The translations under genes were made by a program, and so were the position numbers. Positions 7,368-12,184 of a stretch of DNA of 12,184 nucleotides are shown here, piece after piece. The stretch's first letter is position 1. Each line of letters begins with the position of its first letter. This DNA is from an uncultured Lachnospiraceae bacterium (GTDB lineage: Bacteria > Bacillota > Clostridia > Lachnospirales > Lachnospiraceae), in contig CANQHX010000067.1 of the NCBI GenBank assembly GCA_947623905.1, forward strand, positions 1 to 12,184, in the 5' to 3' direction. The notes under the pieces were generated by a model. The model was not told the DNA's origin, did not search any database, and was given only the letters and a program-made list of their open reading frames with translations.

Positions 7368-8198
7368 TCATCCCTCAAATCCGATCATCAGACCGCCTTT
7401 TTCCGCGTAAAAACTGCACAGAGCGCCGCAGGGAGCGATGTCCACCTGGGCGTCGGGGCAGGCTTCACGGATCATGTCGGCCAGTGCCTGAGCGCTTTTG
7501 GGATTGAGACAGTGGGTGATGCGGACCTTGCCGCCCCGATAATGCAGCTCCTTCATGGCTTTCCATATGCGGGACACGGTCTGGGCGTCCCCGCGGGTCT
7601 TGTACACCTGCTGCAGCGTGCCATGGTCGCTGGCTTTGCCGATAAAACGAAGCCCCAGCACGCCGGCGATCTTTGCCACCGCGGGATTGACCCGGCCGTT
7701 GCGGGCCAGATTGTCCAGATGCTCCAGGGCAAACAGAAGGTGGGTCCGTTTGCTGTATGCCCGGATCTCGTCACACATTTTGTCAAAAGGAAGTCCTGCG
7801 TCGATCACTTTTTTCATCTTTTCCACGATCAGCGCCATTTCCGGACCGGCGGACAGGGTATCCAGAATAAATACTTTGGCGTCAGGATGGGCGGCCAGAT
7901 AGTCTGCTCTCGCCTGCATGGCGGCCTCATAGCTGCCGGACAGATTGCTTGTGATGGTCACGCCAAGTATCACATCCGCGTCGCCGAAAGCGCTGAGCCA
8001 GTCCTGAACATTGGGACAGGAAGTACCGGAGCGGCCCTTGTAGCCCTGCAGATATGTTACCATCTCTTCTATATCCGTAGTTTCCACATCGGTAAATTCT
8101 CTCTCGGCAGTGACGATCTTCAGCGGTACACTGACGAAATCCACGCCGTCCAGCTGATACATATTGGCAGAGGAATCTGCGACGATCTTACACTTCAT
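7368..8198 (-). CDS. DegV-family (EDD-domain) fatty-acid-binding protein, a FakB-like partner of fatty acid kinase.
   Basis: 276 aa, MKCKIVADSSANMYQLDGVDFVSVPLKIVT... with the typical DegV-family N-terminus and length. The plus-strand ORF 7311..8207 is its antisense artefact. Confidence 0.85.
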   Translation of the reverse strand: MKCKIVADSSANMYQLDGVDFVSVPLKIVTAEREFTDVETTDIEEMVTYLQGYKGRSGTSCPNVQDWLSAFGDADVILGVTITSNLSGSYEAAMQARADYLAAHPDAKVFILDTLSAGPEMALIVEKMKKVIDAGLPFDKMCDEIRAYSKRTHLLFALEHLDNLARNGRVNPAVAKIAGVLGLRFIGKASDHGTLQQVYKTRGDAQTVSRIWKAMKELHYRGGKVRITHCLNPKSAQALADMIREACPDAQVDIAPCGALCSFYAEKGGLMIGFEG

Positions 8199-8235
8199 AT
8201 CCCTTAACCTCGTTTCCAGAACATTTCAATATAGT

Positions 8236-8288
8236 ATTGAAAACCACAAAGCATAGTATATTATATTATTTTTGCGCTTCCATGTCAA
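8236..8288. promoter_or_regulatory. Face-to-face promoter pair. Minus strand: perfect TTGACA (complement of 8283-8288), 17 nt, TATAAT (complement of 8260-8265), for the degV-family gene. Plus strand: TTGAAA (8236-8241), 17 nt, TATTAT (8259-8264), reading into a 190-bp non-coding region.
   Basis: Consensus hexamers and spacing read directly from the sequence. Confidence 0.55.
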
Positions 8289-8437
8289 GATTTGGACGGT
8301 TTTTGTTTTACAGGGTGCCCGCTGCGCTTTTCACGAAGCGAAAGCAGGTCCCGATCCCCATACCCTTGCGGCACCTTCCTGCGGCAGCTCAGTTTTCCGG
8401 CAGACCCGCGAAAAGACAGATTACATGCGAAATGGTA

Positions 8438-8466
8438 TTGTTATTTCCGCATCCGGCGGGTATAAT
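8438..8466 (+). promoter_or_regulatory. trpF promoter: TTGTTA (8438-8443), 17 nt, TATAAT (8461-8466).
   Basis: Consensus -10 with correct spacing, about 85 nt upstream of the trpF ATG. Confidence 0.5.
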
Positions 8467-8498
8467 GAGGGCGAAGCTTTTGGTTGAGAATAGAGAGC

Positions 8499-8566
8499 AA
8501 TATGACGCTCCGATATGGAGTTAAGTGACGCTCCGGAATGAGGATTCGTATGACGCCGAAGATTAA
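8499..8566 (+). repeat. Tandem repeat, period about 24 nt, of a translation-initiation module: an SD-like element followed by ATG/GTG and then ACGC(T)CCG, in three copies. The third copy is the real trpF start. The first two form tiny overlapping uORFs (8502-8528 MTLRYGVK; 8525-8566 MTLRNEDSYDAED).
   Basis: The copies are aatATGACGCTCCGATATGGAG, aGTGACGCTCCGGAATGAGG and tATGACGCCGAAG, read directly from the sequence. The uORF frames and stops were checked by hand. Confidence 0.6.
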
Positions 8567-9185
8567 GATCTGCGGGCTTACATCGCCCAATGACGCCCGC
8601 ATATTAAATGAAGAGCATGTAGAACTGGCAGGATTTGTGCTGTTTTTTCCCAAAAGCAGGCGCAATCTCACACTGGAGCAGGCGGAAGAGATCAAGACCC
8701 TTCTGTCGCCCGATATCAAGAAAGTGGCGGTGACGGTGAGCCCTACGTTGGAGCAGGCCATGGAGATCGCCGCCGCAGGGTTTGACTACCTTCAGGCCCA
8801 CGGCACACTGGATTCGGCCATTCTGGAGCAGGTGCGTATGCCTATCCTTCAGGCGGCCAACGTGAAAACTCCGGAGGATCTGAAAAAATTGTCGGATCAT
8901 CCTTCCATAGCGGGATATGTGTTTGACGGGCAGGATTACGGCGGCGGAAAAGTCTTTGACTGGAGTTATCTGGAGGGCTGCGACAGGAAGGAGAAGCTGC
9001 TGATCCTGGCAGGGGGCCTGTCGGCGGACAATGTGGCCGGGGCCATCGCTCAGGTACATCCCGACATTGTGGACATCAGCTCCGGGGTGGAGCTGCCGGG
9101 CATCGAGACGCCCGCCGGTCTTCGCAGTCCGGGAAAAGACCCGGAAAAGGTGCGCCGGTTCGTCCGGGCAGTGAGAGGGCTCTGA
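8550..9185 (+). CDS. trpF: Phosphoribosylanthranilate isomerase (TrpF), standing alone outside a trp operon.
   Basis: MTPKIKICGLTSP... is the hallmark TrpF N-terminus. LILAGGLSADNV and VDISSGVE...GKDPEKVRRF are typical PRAI motifs. GAGGA sits 5 nt before the ATG at 8550; the track start at 8538 is in the same frame. The minus-strand ORF 8604..9530 is antisense junk. Confidence 0.85.
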   Translation: MTPKIKICGLTSPNDARILNEEHVELAGFVLFFPKSRRNLTLEQAEEIKTLLSPDIKKVAVTVSPTLEQAMEIAAAGFDYLQAHGTLDSAILEQVRMPILQAANVKTPEDLKKLSDHPSIAGYVFDGQDYGGGKVFDWSYLEGCDRKEKLLILAGGLSADNVAGAIAQVHPDIVDISSGVELPGIETPAGLRSPGKDPEKVRRFVRAVRGL

Positions 9186-9242
9186 ACCGCCGGAGGCGTA
9201 TGCTGCTGCCCGATGAAAATCCGAAGGGAGTTCTGAAATATT

Positions 9243-9629
9243 ATGGTGGAAGAAGATTATATCATGCGGCTGATCCGGGAGATGGTGCGGACCATACTGA
9301 AGCTGGCCTTCGGTATCGATACCCCTTCCCCTGCCACAGAGATCATAGCGGATGAAGAAACGAGAAACGCGCTGGACGCCTTGCTGGATATGGCGGACAA
9401 GGGCCACATCAATGAGGCGGAAAATATGCTCTGGGACAGGCTTTCTCCGGAGGATAAAGAAAGCCTGAAGCTTGCCCTGCTGTTTTATGACCGTCTCAAT
9501 GAAAAAAGCGATGAGTTTCTGGAGGCCCACGACTTCAGCCGGGAGGAAGTGGAGCAGGGCTTAAGGTCCGTAGCGGCCCGGTATGGATATGACGGCATGG
9601 CGGATGTGTTTTTGGGAAACAGAGTATAG
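9243..9629 (+). CDS. Small acidic hypothetical protein (128 aa), DUF6483-like.
   Basis: AAGGGAG lies 12 nt before the ATG. The N-terminal EEDYIMRLIREMVRTILKLAFGID and the segment LLFYDRLNEKSDEFLEAHDFSREEV match a pattern I recall for DUF6483 proteins of Clostridia. The family was not searched. Confidence 0.55.
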   Translation: MVEEDYIMRLIREMVRTILKLAFGIDTPSPATEIIADEETRNALDALLDMADKGHINEAENMLWDRLSPEDKESLKLALLFYDRLNEKSDEFLEAHDFSREEVEQGLRSVAARYGYDGMADVFLGNRV

Positions 9630-9790
9630 CTCGAAAAACTGGAAAGCGACTTACACCATATTCGCACGCCGACAACTTCTCGTTGAGCAAATGAAGCCGG
9701 CTGTAATTGAGTGTACCTATACGACAGGGCAAAAAGATTGCGTTTATTCATTCTAAAGGACAATTAACCTGAGTTGTAAAGGCGTAAGAT

Positions 9791-10609
9791 ATGAAAAAAT
9801 ATATTCTGCCAGCGGTCATGCTGGCAATATTTGAAGCAATAGCCGTCTGTCTCTGGCTGACGAAAGATAATTTGTTTTATCTGCTCAATTTCAGCTATAT
9901 TGGTATCTCGATTGCTTTGGGGATTTCTCTGTACATACGGGAATATAGGTACGCCCGTCGGGTGACTCAGCTGCTGGTCGGATGTTATATGCTGGTTTAT
10001 CTTGGCCTGATATGCAATGAGAATATGCAGATAGAAGGGTTTTGGTACTACCTTTTCACGGGTGTTTTTGAGGCGGCGACGATACATTACGCCGTGGCGA
10101 AAATATTCGGTCCTTTGCTTTTCGGGCGCGGCTGGTGCGGTTATGCCTGCTGGACTGCGATGGTACTGGACTTTCTGCCCTATAAACAGCCAAAACACCC
10201 GCGGAAAAAGCTGGGCTGGATACGTTATATTACATTTGCGCTGTCACTTGTTTTTGTACTGGCTCTACTTCTGGCACATGCAGGCCATATGGAACGGATC
10301 ATGTTCTGGTCGTTTGTCATCGGAAATCTGCTCTATTACATCATTGGCATTGCGCTTGCATTTTATTTTCAGGACAACCGTGCGTTCTGCAAATACATCT
10401 GTCCTGTCACGGTGTTCCTAAAACCTATGAGTTATTATTCCCTACTGCGGATAAGGTGCGACAAAAGCAAGTGTATTTCCTGTGGAAAATGTAAACGGAT
10501 GTGTCCTATGGACGTAGATATAACGGATAATTCCAGAAAGAGAGAAAACGGAACGGAGTGTATCCTCTGTTTGGAATGTGTGAAAAGCTGCCCAAAGAAG
10601 GCGCTTTAA
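9791..10609 (+). CDS. Membrane-bound polyferredoxin, a 4Fe-4S binding protein of the NapH/MauN/COG0348 type.
   Basis: Multiple TM helices, the FGRGWCGYACW motif typical of NapH/NosR-like membrane ferredoxins, and a C-terminal CxxCxxCxxxCP...CxxCxxCxxxCP double 4Fe-4S cluster (CISCGKCKRMCP, CILCLECVKSCP). Lower GC than upstream genes. Confidence 0.75.
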   Translation: MKKYILPAVMLAIFEAIAVCLWLTKDNLFYLLNFSYIGISIALGISLYIREYRYARRVTQLLVGCYMLVYLGLICNENMQIEGFWYYLFTGVFEAATIHYAVAKIFGPLLFGRGWCGYACWTAMVLDFLPYKQPKHPRKKLGWIRYITFALSLVFVLALLLAHAGHMERIMFWSFVIGNLLYYIIGIALAFYFQDNRAFCKYICPVTVFLKPMSYYSLLRIRCDKSKCISCGKCKRMCPMDVDITDNSRKRENGTECILCLECVKSCPKKAL

Positions 10610-10671
10610 AATTCCCTTTTGGCAAAAATTACAGGAAGCATCAAATCGGGCTCTTACGGAGGAGATCATAG

Positions 10672-11197
10672 ATGAACAGAGATGAGATAACGGCGGAATT
10701 ATTCCGCCTGCAGGATAAGAAATATGCGGCATTTCAGGCTAAGTTGATCCCGACGGTAGCAGCGGGAAAAATTATCGGTGTCAGGACACCGGAACTTCGT
10801 TCCTTTGCGAAGAGGCTGTTCAAAGACGAGGACGCAGTTTTCTTTTTGGAGTGCCTTCCGCACCAATACTTCGATGAAAATCAACTGCATGCATTTGTGA
10901 TATCATTGGAGAAAGATTTTTATAAATGCATTGCAGAAGTTGAAGCATTTCCTGGGCGAGAGGTTTCATTCCAAATATGCGGACATGGTAGCGGCGGTCA
11001 GATCGGATGAATACTATATCAATATGATGGTCGCATGGTATTTTGCAACGGCACTGGCAAAACAGTATGCTTCCATACTTCCGTATCTGGAAGGAAAGAA
11101 GCTCGATGACTGGACACATAATAAAACGATTCAGAAAAGTGTGGAGAGCAATAGGATATCAGCTGAGCAGAAAGCTTATCTGAAAACACTAAGATAG
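10672..11197 (+). pseudogene. Decayed DNA alkylation repair protein gene (AlkD/PF08713-like HEAT-repeat glycosylase family), with a frameshift and a probable internal deletion.
   Basis: ORF 10672..11010 (frame 1) carries the family N-terminus LFRLQDKKYAAFQAKLIP...IIGVRTPELRSFAKRL...ISLEKDFYKCIAEVEAF. Frame 2 continues LGERFHSKYADMVAAVRSDEYYINMMVAWYFATALAKQY...NKTIQKS, the family C-terminus. The frame switches at the single extra C at 10951. The combined length of about 175 aa, against about 230 expected, implies a loss of about 55 aa between EAF and DEYY. Confidence 0.55.
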
Positions 11198-11285
11198 CAT
11201 TGTTGGGATTGCATTTGTGTGATTAAAAGCAGGAGGCGTTTTTGATATACTCAAAAAAATCGAGATTTGGAAGGGGAGACCATCT

Positions 11286-11579
11286 GTGAAAGTTGTCACA
11301 TTATGTGGAAGCATGAGATTTTTTAGAGAAATGCAAAATATAGCAGTTGAACTTGAAACAAAATATGACTACTGTGTCATTACACCTATTGGCGGCATAA
11401 AGAAAGATATGGACAACACCGCAATAGAAAAGCTGTCCAAAGCCCATTACAAAAAAATCGATATGGCGGATGCTGTTTATATCGTAAATATAGGGGGTTA
11501 TATAGGCGAAGCTGTCCGAGAAGAACTACGCTATGCACAGATGCATAATAAAGATATTATCTTTCACGAAGCCAGATAG
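11286..11579 (+). CDS. Small nucleoside 2-deoxyribosyltransferase / DNPH1-like (SLOG-fold) protein, 97 aa.
   Basis: GTG start with AAGGGGAG 8 nt upstream. VVTLCGSMRF parallels the DNPH1 IYFCGSIRGG motif. ADAVYIVNIGGYIGEAVREELRYAQMHNKDIIF parallels ADVVVAEVTQPSLGVGYELGRAVAFNKRIL, including the conserved catalytic-region Glu. Similarity is from memory, not searched. Confidence 0.55.
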   Translation: MKVVTLCGSMRFFREMQNIAVELETKYDYCVITPIGGIKKDMDNTAIEKLSKAHYKKIDMADAVYIVNIGGYIGEAVREELRYAQMHNKDIIFHEAR

Positions 11580-11627
11580 ATTCCAGTTGAACAAACTCGG
11601 GATGTGACGCAACACGGAGATGTTGAT

Positions 11628-12184
11628 ATGGGGTATGAATATATCGTTGTAACGCTTGCGGCGGCACTTGCGGGTATAGGAACAGGCTTGGTGGGGTTGA
11701 GCGCGGCAACCGCGATGGTTCCGCTTATGATCGTGCTGTGCCCGACTTTCGGCGGTGAACATGGCGCTTATATGGCAACGGCGATCGCTCTTGCCAGCGA
11801 CATACTTGGCTCGGCTGTTACCACCGTCGTTTACGCAAAAAATAAAAAAATCGACTTAAAGCACGGCTGGCTGATCGCTGTCTGCATTATCGGCATGTGT
11901 ACTGTTGGTTCGATCGCGGCTTACCTTACACATCAATCGGTACTTGGAGGTTTCTCACTGCTTCTTTGTGTTGCCATCGGTATTCGCTTTCTTGTAAAAC
12001 CCGAATCAAAGGAACGTCCTGAAAAGGAAGGCAAGGTTAAATTGACATTCAAGGAGGTTGCAGTTTCCTTGTTCTTCGGATTGACCATCGGTTTTGGAAC
12101 CGGCTTCTTCGGTTCGGGCGGCGGCATGATGATGCTGATCGTGTTTACCGCAATGCTCGGTTATGAGCGAAAAACCGCCGTCGG
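11628..12184 (+). CDS. TauE/SafE (TSUP) family membrane exporter; N-terminal about 185 aa, truncated by the window end.
   Basis: The ATG at 11628 has GGAGAT 7 nt upstream. Hydrophobic, Gly-rich TM helices with GTGLVGLSAATAMVPLMIV and the C-proximal FGLTIGFGTGFFGSGGG repeat are typical of PF01925. Not in the ORF track because it is incomplete. Confidence 0.7.
   Translation, partial: MGYEYIVVTLAAALAGIGTGLVGLSAATAMVPLMIVLCPTFGGEHGAYMATAIALASDILGSAVTTVVYAKNKKIDLKHGWLIAVCIIGMCTVGSIAAYLTHQSVLGGFSLLLCVAIGIRFLVKPESKERPEKEGKVKLTFKEVAVSLFFGLTIGFGTGFFGSGGGMMMLIVFTAMLGYERKTAV

Noticed and set aside
7311-8207. Plus-strand ORF 7311..8207 (298 aa)
   Set aside because: Antisense of the DegV-family gene. 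H/G/L-rich, with no RBS.
8460-8560. TRAP (GAG/UAG triplet array) or T-box control of trpF
   Set aside because: Only a few irregular GAG/TAG triplets are present, not the 9-11 evenly spaced repeats TRAP needs. There is no T-box consensus and no terminator/antiterminator pair.
8604-9530. Minus-strand ORF 8604..9530 (308 aa)
   Set aside because: Antisense of trpF and the DUF6483-like gene, with a composition artefact (His-rich).
1-12184. CRISPR arrays, tRNA/rRNA genes, IS elements, integrases
   Set aside because: There are no regularly spaced repeats of 25-40 bp, no cloverleaf-compatible conserved tRNA motifs in the intergenic regions, and no transposase- or integrase-like ORF in any frame.

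Overview
The window is mostly GC-rich (about 60%) chromosomal DNA of Clostridia type. It contains two lower-GC segments: a roughly 640-bp islet around an orphan hicB antitoxin (6672-7310), and the whole right end from about 9640 onward (about 43% GC). I found no rRNA, tRNA or CRISPR array.

Genes, in order:
- A large uncharacterised protein on the minus strand (1-2430, more than 800 aa), running off the window edge and so missing from the ORF track.
- A divergently transcribed PLP-dependent class I/II aminotransferase-fold enzyme of the HisC/CobD type (2635-3744).
- A DUF1836-like putative HTH protein (3952-4515) with its own near-consensus promoter.
- An NfeD-flotillin operon (4620-6625), followed by a bidirectional terminator.
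- A convergent HicB-family antitoxin with no HicA partner (6690-7097).
- A DegV-family protein on the minus strand (7368-8198) with a perfect TTGACA-17-TATAAT promoter.
- trpF, phosphoribosylanthranilate isomerase (8550-9185), whose leader carries a triplicated initiation-region repeat.
- A small DUF6483-like protein (9243-9629).
- In the low-GC block: a membrane polyferredoxin (NapH/MauN-like 4Fe-4S protein), a decayed DNA-alkylation-repair (AlkD-family) pseudogene, a small nucleoside 2-deoxyribosyltransferase/DNPH1-like protein, and the partial start of a TauE/SafE-family exporter.

Many long ORFs in the track are antisense or alternative-frame artefacts of GC-rich genes and were rejected. 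The most unusual items are the orphan HicB islet with a repeat-decorated promoter, the tandem start-module repeats and uORFs ahead of trpF, the DNPH1-like/AlkD-remnant pair in a compositionally foreign block, and the large uncharacterised protein.
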